Assembly (NCBI GenBank): GCA_964016885.1
Contig: OZ024758.1
Coordinates: 37,510,001 to 37,574,000 of the forward strand
DNA from: Eledone cirrhosa
Lineage: Eukaryota
DNA length: 64,000 nucleotides
Direction of reading: 5' to 3'
Under the pieces are notes generated by a model. The model ran no database searches. It had not been told where the DNA came from and was given only the letters and a program-made list of their open reading frames with translations. Position 1 is the first letter of the stretch. The number at the start of each line of letters is the position of its first letter. Below are positions 41,101 to 55,300 of this stretch, in pieces. A program made the position numbers and the translations under genes.

Positions 41101-44100
41101 CAGAAGTAACTCCACTGTTGGTGAGAATTCATTTAAGTTCATGGTATTAGCTGTCAGAAGGAACTCCACTGTTGGTGAGAATTCATTTAAGTTCATGGTA
41201 CTAGCTGTCAGAAGTAACTCCACTGTTGGTGAGAATTCATTTAAGTTCATGGTATTAGTTTGTCAGAAGTAACTCCACTGTTGGTGAGAATTCATTTAAG
41301 TCATGGTATTAGTTGTCAGAAGTAACTCCAATGTTGGTGAGAATTCATTTAAGCCATGGTACTAGCTGTCAGAAGTAACTCCAATGTTGGTGAGAATTCA
41401 TTTAAGTTCATGGTATTAGCTGTCAGAACGAACTCCACTGTTGGTGAGAATTCATTTAAGTTCATGGTATTAGCTGTCAGAAGTAACTCCACTGTTGGTG
41501 AGAATTCATTTAAGTTCAGGGTACTAGCTGTCAGAAGTAACTCCAATGTTGGTGAGAATTCATTTAAGTTCATGGTATTAGCTGTCAGAAGGAACTCCAC
41601 TGTTGGTGAGAATTCATTTAAGTTCATGGTATTAGCTGTCAGAAGTAACTCCACTGTTGGTGAGAATTCATTTAAGTCATGTTATTAGCTGTCAGAAGTA
41701 ACTTCATTGTTGGTGAGAATTCATTTAAGTCATGGTACTAGCTGTCAGAAGTAACTCCAATGTTGGTGAGAATTCATTTAAGTCATGGTACTAGCTGTCA
41801 GAAGTAACTCCAATGTTGGTGAGAATTCATTTAAGTTCATGGTATTAGCTGTCAGAAGGAACTCCACTGTTGGTGAGAATTCATTTAAGTTCATGGTATT
41901 AGCTGTCAGAAGTAACTCCACTGTTGGTGAGAATTCATTTAAGTTCATGGTATTAGCTGTCAGAGGTAACTCCACTGTTGGTGAGAATTCATTTAAGTTC
42001 ATGGTACTAGCTGTCAGAAGTAACTCCAATGTTGGTGAGTATTCATTTAAGTTCATGGTATTAGCTGTCAGAAGTAACTCCACTGTTGGTGAGAATTCAT
42101 TTACGTCATGGTATTAGCTGTCAGAAGTAACTCCAATGTTGGTGAGAATTCATTTAAGTTCATGGTATTAGCTGTCAGAATTAACTCCAATGTTGGTGAG
42201 AATTCATTTAAGTTCATGGTATTAGCTGTCAGAAGGAACTCCACTGTTGCTGAGAATTCATTTAAGTTCATGGTATTAGCTGTCAGAAGTAACTCCACTG
42301 TTGGTGAGAATTCATTTAAGTTCATGGTACTAGCTGTCAGAAGTAACTCCACTGTTGGTGAGAATTCATTTAAGTTCATGGTATTAGCTGTCAGAAGTCA
42401 CTCCAATGTTGGTGAGAATTCATTTAAGTTCATGGTATTAGCTGTCAGAAGTCACTCCACTGTTGGTGAGAATTCATTTAAGTTCATGGTACTAGCTGTC
42501 AGAAGTAACCCCAATGTTGGTGAGAATTCATTTAAGTTCATCGTATTAGCTGTCAGAAGTCACTCCAATGTTGGTGAGAATTCATTTAAGTTCATGGTAT
42601 TAGCTGTCAGAAGTAACTCCACTGTTGGTGAGAATTCATTTAAGTTCATGGTATTAGCTGTCAGAAGTAACTCCACTGTTGGTGAGAATTCATTTAAGTT
42701 CATGGTATTAGCTGTCAGAAGGAACTCCACTGTTGGTGAGAATTCATTTAAGTTCATGGTACTAGCTGTCAGAAGTAACTCCACTGTTGGTGAGAATTCA
42801 TTTAAGTTCATGGTATTAGTTTGTCAGAAGTAACTCCACTGTTGGTGAGAATTCATTTAAGTCATGGTATTAGTTGTCAGAAGTAACTCCAATGTTGGTG
42901 AGAATTCATTTAAGCCATGGTACTAGCTGTCAGAAGTAACTCCAATGTTGGTGAGAATTCATTTAAGTTCATGGTATTAGCTGTCAGAACGAACTCCACT
43001 GTTGGTGAGAATTCATTTAAGTGCATGGTATTAGCTGTCAGAAGTAACTCCACTGTTGGTGAGAATTCATTTAAGTTCATGGTACTAGCTGTCAGAAGTA
43101 ACTCCACTGTTGGTGAGAATTCATTTAAGTTCATGGTATTAGTTTGTCAGAAGTACCTCCACTGTTGGTGAGAATTCATTTAAGTCATGGTATTAGTTGT
43201 CAGAAGTAACTCCAATGTTGGTGAGAATTCATTTAAGTTCATGGTATTAGCTGTCAGAAGGAACTCCACTGTTGGTGAGAATTCATTTAAGTTCATGGTA
43301 TTAGCTGTCAGAAGGAACTCCAATGTTGGTGAGAATTCATTTAAGTCATGGTACTAGCTGTCAGAAGTAACTCCACTGTTGGTGAGAATTCATTTAAGTT
43401 CATGGTATTAGCTATCAGAAGGAACTCCACTGTTGGTGAGAATTCATTTAAGTTCATGGTACTAGCTGTCAGAAGTAACTCCACTGTTGGTGAGAATTCA
43501 TTTAAGTTCATGGTATTAGTTTGTCAGAAGTAACTCCACTGTTGGTGAGAATTCATTTAAGTCATGGTATTAGTTGTCAGAAGTAACTCCAATGTTGGTG
43601 AGAATTCATTTAAGCCATGATACTAGCTGTCAGAAGTAACTCCAATGTTGGTGAAAATTCATTTAAGTTCATGGTATTAGCTGTCAGAACGAACTCCACT
43701 GTTGGTGAGAATTAATTTAAGTTCATGGTATTAGCTGTCAGAAGTAACTCCACTGTTGGTGAGAATTCATTTAAGTTCATGGTACTAGCTGTCAGAAGTA
43801 ACTCCAATGTTGGTGAGAATTCATTTAAGTTCATGGTATTAGCTGTCAGAAGTAACTCCACTGTTGGTGAGAGTTCATTTAAGTCATGGTATTAGCTGTC
43901 AGAAGTAACTCCAATGTTGGTGAGAATTCATTTAAGTTCATGGTATTAGCTGTCAGAAGGAACGCCACTGTTGGTGAGAATTCATTTAAGTTCATGGTAT
44001 TAGCTGTCAGAAGTAACTCCACTGTTGGTGAGAATTCATTTAAGTTCATGGTACTAGCTGTCAGAAGTAACTCCAATGTTGGTGAGAATTCATTTAAGTT

Positions 44101-45990
44101 CATGGTATTAGCTGTCAGAAGGAACTCCACTGTTGGTGAGAATTCATTTAAGTTCATGGTATTAGCTGTCAGAAGTAACTCCACTGTTGGTGAGAATTCA
44201 TTTAAGCCATGGTATTAGCTGTCAGAAGTAACTCCATTGTTGGTGAGAATTCATTTAAGTCATGGTACTAGCTGCAGAAGTAACTCCAATGTTGGTGAGA
44301 ATTCATTTAAGTCATGGTACTAGCTGTCAGAAGTAACTCCAATGTTGGTGAGAATTCATTTAAGTTCATGGTATTAGCTGTCAGAAGGAACTCCACTGTT
44401 GGTGAGAATTCATTTAAGTTCATGGTATTAGCTGTCAGAAGTAACTCCACTGTTGGTGAGAATTCATTTAAGTTCATGGTATTAGCTGTCAGAAGTAACT
44501 CCACTGTTGGTGAGAATTCATTTAAGTTCATGGTACTAGCTGTCAGAAGTAACTCCAATGTTGGTGAGAATTCATTTAAGTTCATGGTATTAGCTGTCAG
44601 AAGTAACTCCACTGTTGGTGAGAATTCATTTAAGTCATGGTATTAGCTGTCAGAAGTAACTCCAATGTTGGTGAGAATTCATTTAAGTTCATGGTACTAG
44701 CTGTCAGAAGTAACTCCAATGTTGGTGAGAATTCATTTAAGTTCATGGTATTAGCTGTCAGAAGGAACTCCACTGTTGCTGAGAATTCATTTAAGTTCAT
44801 GGTATTAGCTGTCAGAAGTAACTCCACTGTTGGTGAGAATTCATTTAAGTTCATGGTACTAGCTGTCAGAAGTAACTCCACTGTTGGTGAGAATTCATTT
44901 AAGTTCATGGTATTAGCTGTCAGAAGTCACTCCAATGTTGGTGAGAATTCATTTAAGTTCATGGTATTAGCTGTCAGAAGTCACTCCACTGTTGGTGAGA
45001 ATTCATTTAAGTTCATGGTACTAGCTGTCCGAAGTAACCCCAATGTTGGTGAGAATTCATTTAAGTTCATGGTATTAGCTGTCAGAAGTCACTCCAATGT
45101 TGGTGAGAATTCATTTAAGTTCATGGTATTAGCTGTCAGAAGTAACTCCACTGTTGGTGAGAATTCATTTAAGTTCATGGTATTAGCTGTCAGAAGTAAC
45201 TCCACTGTTGGTGAGAATTCATTTAAGTTCATGGTATTAGCTGTCAGAAGGAACTCCACTGTTGGTGAGAATTCATTTAAGTTCATGGTACTAGCTGTCA
45301 GAAGTAACTCCACTGTTGGTGAGAATTCATTTAAGTTCATGGTATTAGTTTGTCAGAAGTAACTCCACTGTTGGTGAGAATTCATTTAAGTCATGGTATT
45401 AGTTGTCAGAAGTAACTCCAATGTTGGTGAGAATTCATTTAAGACATGGTACTAGCTGTAAGAAGTAACTCCAAAGTTGGTGAGAATTCATTTAAGTTCA
45501 TGGTATTAGCTGTCAGAAGGAACTCCACTGTTGGTGAGAATTCATTTAAGTTCATGGTATTAGCTGTCAGAAGTAACTCCACTGTTGGTGAGAATTCATT
45601 TAAGTTCATGGTACTAGCTGTCAGAAGTAACTCCAATGTTGGTGAGAATTCATTTAAGTTCATGGTATTAGCTGTCAGAAGTAACTCCACTGTTGGTGAG
45701 AGTTCATTTAAGTCATGGTATTAGCTGTCAGAAGTAACTCCAATGTTGGTGAGAATTCATTTAAGTTCATGGTATTAGCTGTCAGAAGTAACTCCACTGT
45801 TGGTGAGAATTCATTTAAGTTCATGGTATTAGCTGTCAGAAGTAACTCCACTGTTGGTGAGAATTCATTTAAGTTCATGGTACTAGCTGTCAGAAGTAAC
45901 TCCACTGTTGGTGAGAATTCATTTAAGTTCATGGTATTAGTTTGTCAGAAGTAACTCCACTGTTGGTGAGAATTCATTTAAGTCATGGTA
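32200..45990 (+). repeat. About 7.2-kb tandem duplication (about 32.2-38.8 kb vs 38.8-46.0 kb), with offsets stepping 6623, 6946, 7161, 7160
   Basis: ORF pairs 32255/38878 and 32578/39201 (6623); 33547/40493 and 34410/41356 (6946); 34947/42108, 35756/42917 and 36725/43886 (7161); 37477/44637 and 38286/45446 (7160). Shared variants are TTTGAGTT, AACTTCATT, CATCGTA, GCTATC and CCATGATAC. Confidence 0.88.
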
Positions 45991-48240
45991 TTAGTTGTCA
46001 GAAGTAACTCCAATGTTGGTGAGAATTCATTTAAGTTCATGGTATTAGCTGTCAGAAGTAACTCCACTGTTGGTGAGAGTTCATTTAAGTCATGGTATTA
46101 GCTGTCAGAAGTAACTCCAATGTTGGTGAGAATTCATTTAAGTTCATGGTATTAGCTGTCAGAAGGAACGCCACTGTTGGTGAGAATTCATTTAAGTTCA
46201 TGGTATTAGCTGTCAGAAGTAACTCCACTGTTGGTGAGAATTCATTTAAGTTCATGGTACTAGCTGTCAGAAGTAACTCCAATGTTGGTGAGAATTCATT
46301 TAAGTTCATGGTATTAGCTGTCAGAAGGAACTCCACTGTTGGTGAGAATTCATTTAAGTTCATGGTATTAGCTGTCAGAAGTAACTCCACTGTTGGTGAG
46401 AATTCATTTAAGTCATGGTATTAGCTGTCAGAAGTAACTCCATTGTTGGTGAGAATTCATTTAAGTCATGGTACTAGCTGTCAGAAGTAACTCCAATGTT
46501 GGTGAGAATTCATTTAAGTCATGGTACTAGCTGTCAGAAGTAACTCCAATGTTGGTGAGAATTCATTTAAGTTCATGGTATTAGCTGTCAGAAGGAACTC
46601 CACTGTTGGTGAGAATTCATTTAAGTTCATGGTATTAGCTGTCAGAAGTAACTCCACTGTTGGTGAGAATTCATTTAAGTTCATGGTATTAGCTGTCAGA
46701 AGTAACTCCACTGTTGGTGAGAATTCATTTAAGTTCATGGTACTAGCTGTCAGAAGTAACTCCAATGTTGGTGAGAATTCATTTAAGTTCATGGTATTAG
46801 CTGTCAGAAGTAACTCCACTGTTGGTGAGAATTCATTTAAGTCATGGTATTAGCTGTCAGAAGTAACTCCAATGTTGGTGAGAATTCATTTAAGTTCATA
46901 GTACTAGCTGTCAGAAGTAACTCCAATGTTGGTGAGAATTCATTTAAGTTCATGGTATTAGCTGTCAGAAGGAACTCCACTGTTGCTGAGAATTCATTTA
47001 AGTTCATGGTATTAGCTGTCAGAAGTAACTCCACTGTTGGTGAGAATTCATTTAAGTTCATGGTACTAGCTGTCAGAAGTAACTCCACTGTTGGTGAGAA
47101 TTCATTTAAGTTCATGGTATTAGCTGTCAGAAGTCACTCCAATGTTGGTGAGAATTCATTTAAGTTCATGGTATTAGCTGTCAGAAGTCACTCCACTGTT
47201 GGTGAGAATTCATTTAAGTTCATGGTACTAGCTGTCCGAAGTAACCCCAATGTTGGTGAGAATTCATTTAAGTTCATGGTATTAGCTGTCAGAAGTCACT
47301 CCAATGTTGGTGAGAATTCATTTAAGTTCATGGTATTAGCTGTCAGAAGTAACTCCACTGTTGGTGAGAATTCATTTAAGTTCATGGTATTAGCTGTCAG
47401 AAGTAACTCCACTGTTGGTGAGAATTCATTTAAGTTCATGGTATTAGCTGTCAGAAGGAACTCCACTGTTGGTGAGAATTCATTTAAGTTCATGGTACTA
47501 GCTGTCAGAAGTAACTCCACTGTTGGTGAGAATTCATTTAAGTTCATGGTATTAGTTTGTCAGAAGTAACTCCACTGTTGGTGAGAATTCATTTAAGTCA
47601 TGGTATTAGTTGTCAGAAGTAACTCCAATGTTGGTGAGAATTCATTTAAGACATGGTACTAGCTGTAAGAAGTAACTCCAAAGTTGGTGAGAATTCATTT
47701 AAGTTCATGGTATTAGCTGTCAGAAGGAACTCCACTGTTGGTGAGAATTCATTTAAGTTCATGGTATTAGCTGTCAGAAGTAACTCCACTGTTGGTGAGA
47801 ATTCATTTAAGTTCATGGTACTAGCTGTCAGAAGTAACTCCAATGTTGGTGAGAATTCATTTAAGTTCATGGTATTAGCTGTCAGAAGTAACTCCACTGT
47901 TGGTGAGAGTTCATTTAAGTCATGGTATTAGCTGTCAGAAGTAACTCCAATGTTGGTGAGAATTCATTTAAGTTCATGGTATTAGCTGTCAGAAGTAACT
48001 CCACTGTTGGTGAGAATTCATTTAAGTTCATGGTATTAGCTGTCAGAAGTAACTCCACTGTTGGTGAGAATTCATTTAAGTTCATGGTACTAGCTGTCAG
48101 AAGTAACTCCACTGTTGGTGAGAATTCATTTAAGTTCATGGTATTAGTTTGTCAGAAGTAACTCCACTGTTGGTGAGAATTCATTTAAGTCATGGTATTA
48201 GTTGTCAGAAGTAACTCCAATGTTGGTGAGAATTCATTTA
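43830..48240 (+). repeat. 2207-bp (41-monomer) tandem duplication
   Basis: ORF pairs 44314/46521, 44637/46844, 45446/47653 and 45715/47922. The marker monomer AAGACATGGTACTAGCTGTAAGAAGTAACTCCAAAG occurs at 45441 and 47648. Confidence 0.88.
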
Positions 48241-51200
48241 AGTTCATGGTATTAGCTGTCAGAAGGAACTCCACTGTTGGTGAGAATTCATTTAAGTTCA
48301 TGGTATTAGCTGTCAGAAGGAACTCCAATGTTGGTGAGAATTCATTTAAGTCATGGTACTAGCTGTCAGAAGTAACTCCACTGTCGGTGAGAATTCATTT
48401 AAGTTCATGGTATTAGCTGTCAGAAGGAACGCCACTGTTGGTGAGAATTCATTTAAGTTCATGGTATTAGCTGTCAGAAGTAACTCCACTGTTGGTGAGA
48501 ATTCATTTAAGTTCATGGTACTAGCTGTCAGAAGTAACTCCAATGTTGGTGAGAATTCATTTAAGTTCATGGTATTAGCTGTCAGAAGGAACTCCACTGT
48601 TGGTGAGCATTCATTTAAGTTCATGGTATTAGCTGTCAGAAGTAACTCCACTGTTGGTGAGAATTCATTTAAGTTCATGGTATTAGCTGTCAGAAGTCAC
48701 TCCAATGTTGGTGAGAATTCATTTAAGTTCATGGTATTAGCTGTCAGAAGTCACTCCACTGTTGGTGAGAATTCATTTAAGTTCATGGTACTAGCTGTCC
48801 GAAGTAACCCCAATGTTGGTGAGAATTCATTTAAGTTCATGGTATTAGCTGTCAGAAGTCACTCCAATGTTGGTGAGAATTCATTTAAGTTCATGGTATT
48901 AGCTGTCAGAAGTAACTCCACTGTTGGTGAGAATTCATTTAAGTTCATGGTATTAGCTGTCAGAAGTAACTCCACTGTTGGTGAGAATTCATTTAAGTTC
49001 ATGGTATTAGCTGTCAGAAGGAACTCCACTGTTGGTGAGAATTCATTTAAGTTCATGGTACTAGCTGTCAGAAGTAACTCCACTGTTGGTGAGAATTCAT
49101 TTAAGTTCATGGTATTAGTTTGTCAGAAGTAACTCCACTGTTGGTGAGAATTCATTTAAGTCATGGTATTAGTTGTCAGAAGTAACTCCAATGTTGGTGA
49201 GAATTCATTTAAGCCATGGTACTAGCTGTCAGAAGTAACTCCAATGTTGGTGAGAATTCATTTAAGTTCATGGTATTAGCTGTCAGAACGAACTCCACTG
49301 TTGGTGAGAATTCATTTAAGTTCATGGTATTAGCTGTCAGAAGTAACTCCAATGTTGGTGAGAATTCATTTAAGTTCATGGTATTAGCTGTCAGAACGAA
49401 CTCCACTGTTGGTGAGAATTCATTTAAGTTCATGGTATTAGCTGTCAGAAGTAACTCCACTGTTGGTGAGAATTCATTTAAGTTCATGGTATTAGCTGTC
49501 AGAGGTAACTCCACTGTTGGTGAGAATTCATTTAAGTTCATGGTACTAGCTGTCAGAAGTAACTCCAATGTTGGTGAGTATTCATTTAAGTTCATGGTAT
49601 TAGCTGTCAGAAGTAACTCCACTGTTGGTGAGAATTCATTTACGTCATGGTATTAGCTGTCAGAAGTAACTCCAATGTTGGTGAGAATTCATTTAAGTTC
49701 ATGGTATTAGCTGTCAGAATTAACTCCAATGTTGGTGAGAATTCATTTAAGTTCATGGTATTAGCTGTCAGAAGGAACTCCACTGTTGCTGAGAATTCAT
49801 TTAAGTTCATGGTATTAGCTGTCAGAAGTAACTCCACTGTTGGTGAGAATTCATTTAAGTTCATGGTACTAGCTGTCAGAAGTAACTCCACTGTTGGTGA
49901 GAATTCATTTAAGTTCATGGTATTAGCTGTCAGAAGTCACTCCAATGTTGGTGAGAATTCATTTAAGTTCATGGTATTAGCTGTCAGAAGTCACTCCACT
50001 GTTGGTGAGAATTCATTTAAGTTCATGGTACTAGCTGTCAGAAGTAACCCCAATGTTGGTGAGAATTCATTTAAGTTCATGGTATTAGCTGTCAGAAGTC
50101 ACTCCAATGTTGGTGAGAATTCATTTAAGTTCATGGTATTAGCTGTCAGAAGTAACTCCACTGTTGGTGAGAATTCATTTAAGTTCATGGTATTAGCTGT
50201 CAGAAGTAACTCCACTGTTGGTGAGAATTCATTTAAGTTCATGGTATTAGCTGTCAGAAGGAACTCCACTGTTGGTGAGAATTCATTTAAGTTCATGGTA
50301 CTAGCTGTCAGAAGTAACTCCACTGTTGGTGAGAATTCATTTAAGTCATGGTATTAGTTGTCAGAAGTAACTCCAATGTTGGTGAGAATTCATTTAAGCC
50401 ATGGTACTAGCTGTCAGAAGTAACTCCAATGTTGGTGAGAATTCATTTAAGTTCATGGTATTAGCTGTCAGAACGAACTCCACTGTTGGTGAGAATTCAT
50501 TTAAGTGCATGGTATTAGCTGTCAGAAGTAACTCCACTGTTGGTGAGAATTCATTTAAGTTCATGGTACTAGCTGTCAGAAGTAACTCCACTGTTGGTGA
50601 GAATTCATTTAAGTTCATGGTATTAGTTTGTCAGAAGTACCTCCACTGTTGGTGAGAATTCATTTAAGTCATGGTATTAGTTGTCAGAAGTAACTCCAAT
50701 GTTGGTGAGAATTCATTTAAGTTCATGGTATTAGCTGTCAGAAGGAACTCCACTGTTGGTGAGAATTCATTTAAGTTCATGGTATTAGCTGTCAGAAGGA
50801 ACTCCAATGTTGGTGAGAATTCATTTAAGTCATGGTACTAGCTGTCAGAAGTAACTCCACTGTTGGTGAGAATTCATTTAAGTTCATGGTATTAGCTGTC
50901 AGAAGGAACTCCACTGTTGGTGAGAATTCATTTAAGTTCATGGTACTAGCTGTCAGAAGTAACTCTACTGTTGGTGAGAATTCATTTACGTTCATGGTAT
51001 TAGTTTGTCAGAAGTAACTCCACTGTTGGTGAGAATTCATTTAAGTCATGGTATTAGTTGTCAGAAGTAACTCCAATGTTGGTGAGAATTCATTTAAGCC
51101 ATGGTACTAGCTGTCAGAAGTAACTCCAATGTTGGTGAAAATTCATTTAAGTTCATGGTATTAGCTGTCAGAACGAACTCCACTGTTGGTGAGAATTAAT

Positions 51201-52369
51201 TTAAGTTCATGGTATTAGCTGTCAGAAGTAGCTCCACTGTTGGTGAGAATTCATTTAAGTTCATGGTACTAGCTGTCAGAAGTAACTCCAATGTTGGTGA
51301 GAATTCATTTACGTTCATGGTATTAGCTGTCAGAAGTAACTCCACTGTTGGTGAGAGTTCATTTAAGTCATGGTATTAGCTGTCAGAAGTAACTCCAATG
51401 TTGGTGAGAATTCATTTAAGTCATGGTATTAGCTGTCAGAAGTAACTCCATTGTTGGTGAGAATTCATTTAAGTCATGGTACTAGCTGTCAGAAGTAACT
51501 CCAATATTGGTGAGAATTCATTTAAGTCATGGTACTAGCTGTCAGAAGTAACTCCAATGTTGGTGAGAATTCATTTAAGTTCATGGTATTAGCTGTCAGA
51601 AGTAACTCCACTGTTGGTGAGAATTCATTTAAGTTCATGGTATTAGCTGTCAGAAGGAACTCCAATGTTGGTGAGAATTCATTTAAGTCATGGTACTAGC
51701 TGTCAGAAGTAACTCCACTGTCGGTGAGAATTCATTTAAGTTCATGGTATTAGCTGTCAGAAGTCTCTCCAATGTTGGTGAGAATTCATTTAAGTTCATG
51801 GTATTAGCTGTCAGAAGTCACTCCACTGTTGGTGAGAATTCATTTAAGTTCATGGTACTAGCTGTCCGAAGTAACCCCAATGTTGGTGAGAATTCATTTA
51901 AGTTCATGGTATTAGCTGTCAGAAGTCACTCCAATGTTGGTGAGAATTCATTTAAGTTCATGGTATTAGCTGTCAGAAGTAACTCCACTGTTGGTGAGAA
52001 TTCATTTAAGTTCATGGTATTAGCTGTCAGAAGTAACTCCACTGTTGGTGAGAATTCATTTAAGTTCATGGTATTAGCTGTCAGAAGGAACTCCACTGTT
52101 GGTGAGAATTCATTTAAGTTCATGGTACTAGCTGTCAGAAGTAACTCCACTGTTGGTGAGAATTCATTTAAGATCATGGTATTAGTTTGTCAGAAGTAAC
52201 TCCACTGTTGGTGAGAATTCATTTAGGTCATGGTATTAGTTGTCAGAAGTAACTCCAATGTTGGTGAGAATTCATTTAAGCCATGGTACTAGCTGTCAGA
52301 AGTAACTCCAATGTTGGTGAGAATTCATTTAAGTTCATGGTATTAGCTGTCAGAACGAACTCCAATGTT

Positions 52370-55300
52370 GGTGAGTATTCATTTAAGTTCATGGTATTAG
52401 CTGTCAGAAGTAACTCCACTGTTGGTGAGAATTCATTTACGTCATGGTATTAGCTGTCAGAAGTAACTCCAATGTTGGTGAGAATTCATTTAAGTTCATG
52501 GTATTAGCTGTCAGAATTAACTCCAATGTTGCTGAGAATTCATTTAAGTTCATGGTATTAGCTGTCAGAAGGAACTCCACTGTTGCTGAGAATTCATTTA
52601 AGTTCATGGTATTAGCTGTCAGAAGTAACTCCACTGTTGGTGAGAATTCATTTAAGTTCATGGTACTAGCTGTCAGAAGTAACTCCACTGTTGGTGAGAA
52701 TTCATTTAAGTTCATGGTATTAGCTGTCAGAAGTCACTCCAATGTTGGTGAGAATTCATTTAAGTTCATGGTATTAGCTGTCAGAAGTCACTCCACTGTT
52801 GGTGAGAATTCATTTAAGCTCATGGTACTAGCTGTCAGAAGTAACCCCAATGTTGGTGAGAATTCATTTAAGTTCATGGTATTAGCTGTCAGAAGTCACT
52901 CCAATGTTGGTGAGAATTCATTTAAGTTCATGGTATTAGCTGTCAGAAGTAACTCCACTGTTGGTGAGAATTCATTTAAGTTCATGGTATTAGCTGTCAG
53001 AAGTAACTCCACTGTTGGTGAGAATTCATTTAAGTTCATGGTATTAGCTGTCAGAAGGAACTCCACTGTTGGTGAGAATTCATTTAAGTTCATGGTACTA
53101 GCTGTCAGAAGTAACTCCACTGTTGGTGAGAATTCATTTAAGTTCATGGTATTAGTTTGTCAGAAGTAACTCTACTGTTGGTGAGAATTCATTTAAGTCA
53201 TGGTATTAGTTGTCAGAAGTAACTCCAATGTTGGTGAGAATTCATTTAAGCCATGGTACTAGCTGTCAGAAGTAACTCCAATGTTGGTGAGAATTCATTT
53301 AAGTTCATGGTATTAGCTGTCAGAACGAACTCCACTGTTGGTGAGAATTCATTTAAGTGCATGGTATTAGCTGTCAGAAGTAACTCCACTGTTGGTGAGA
53401 ATTCATTTAAGTTCATGGTACTAGCTGTCAGAAGTAACTCCACTGTTGGTGAGAATTCATTTAAGTTCATGGTATTAGTTTGTCAGAAGTACCTCCACTG
53501 TTGGTGAGAATTCATTTAAGTCATGGTATTAGTTGTCAGAAGTAACTCCAATGTTGGTGAGAATTCATTTAAGTTCATGGTATTAGCTGTCAGAAGGAAC
53601 TCCACTGTTGGTGAGAATTCATTTAAGTTCATGGTATTAGCTGTCAGAAGGAACTCCAATGTTGGTGAGAATTCATTTAAGTCATGGTACTAGCTGTCAG
53701 AAGTAACTCCACTGTTGGTGAGAATTCATTTAAGTTCATGGTATTAGCTGTCAGAAGGAACTCCACTGTTGGTGAGAATTCATTTAAGTTCATGGTATTA
53801 GCTGTCAGAAGTAACTCCACTGTTGGTGAGAATTCATTTAAGTTCATGGTACTAGCTGTCAGAAGTAACTCCAATGTTGGTGAGAATTCATTTAAGTTCA
53901 TGGTATTAGCTGTCAGAAGTAACTCCACTGTTGGTGAGAGTTCATTTAAGTCATGGTATTAGCTGTCAGAAGTAACTCCAATGTTGGTGAGAATTCATTT
54001 AAGTTCATGGTATTAGCTGTCAGAAGGAACGCCACTGTTGGTGAGAATTCATTTAAGTTCATGGTATTAGCTGTCAGAAGTAACTCCACTGTTGGTGAGA
54101 ATTCATTTAAGTTCATGGTACTAGCTGTCAGAAGTAACTCCAATGTTGGTGAGAATTCATTTAAGTTCATGGTATTAGCTGTCAGAAGGAACTCCACTGT
54201 TGGTGAGAATTCATTTAAGTTCATGGTATTAGCTGTCAGAAGTAACTCCACTGTTGGTGAGAATTCATTTAAGTCATGGTATTAGCTGTCAGAAGTAACT
54301 CCATTGCTGGTGAGAATTCATTTAAGTCATGGTACTAGCTGTCAGAAGTAACTCCAATGTTGGTGAGAATTCATTTAAGTCATGGTACTAGCTGTCAGAA
54401 GTAACTCCAATGTTGGTGAGAATTCATTTAAGTTCATGGTATTAGCTGTCAGAAGGAACTCCACTGTTGGTGAGAATTCATTTAAGTTCATGGTATTAGC
54501 TGTCAGAAGTAACTCCACTGTTGGTGAGAATTCATTTAAGTTCATGGTATTAGCTGTCAGAAGTAACTCCACTGTTGGTGAGAATTCATTTAAGTTCATG
54601 GTACTAGCTGTCAGAAGTAACTCCAATGTTGGTGAGAATTCATTTAAGTTCATGGTATTAGCTGTCAGAAGTAACTCCACTGTTGGTGAGAATTCATTTA
54701 AGTCATGGTATTAGCTGTCAGAAGTAACTCCAATGTTGGTGAGAATTCATTTAAGTTCATGGTATTAGCTGTCAGAAGTAACTCCACTGTTGGTGAGAAT
54801 TCATTTAAGTTCATGGTATTAGCTGTCAGAAGTAACTCCACTGTTGGTGAGAATTCATTTAAGTTCATGGTACTAGCTGTCAGAAGTAACTCCACTGTTG
54901 GTGAGAATTCATTTAAGTTTATGCTATTAGTTTGTCAGAAGTAACTCCACTGTTGGTGAGAATTCATTTAAGTCATGGTATTAGTTGTCAGAAGTAACTC
55001 CAATGTTGGTGAGAATTCATTTAAGTTCATGGTACTAGCTGTCAGAAGTAAATCCACTGTTGGTGAGAATTCATTTAAGTTCATTGTATTAGCTGTCAGA
55101 AGTAACTCCACTGTTGGTGAGAATTCATTTAAGTCATGGTATTAGCTGTCAGAAGTAACTCCACTGTTGGTGAGAATTCATTTAAGTTCATGGTACTAGC
55201 TGTCGGAAGTCACTCCACTGTTGGTGAGAATACATTTAAGTTCATGGTATTAGCTGTCAGAAGTCACTCCAATGTTGGTGAGAATTCATTTAAGTTCATG

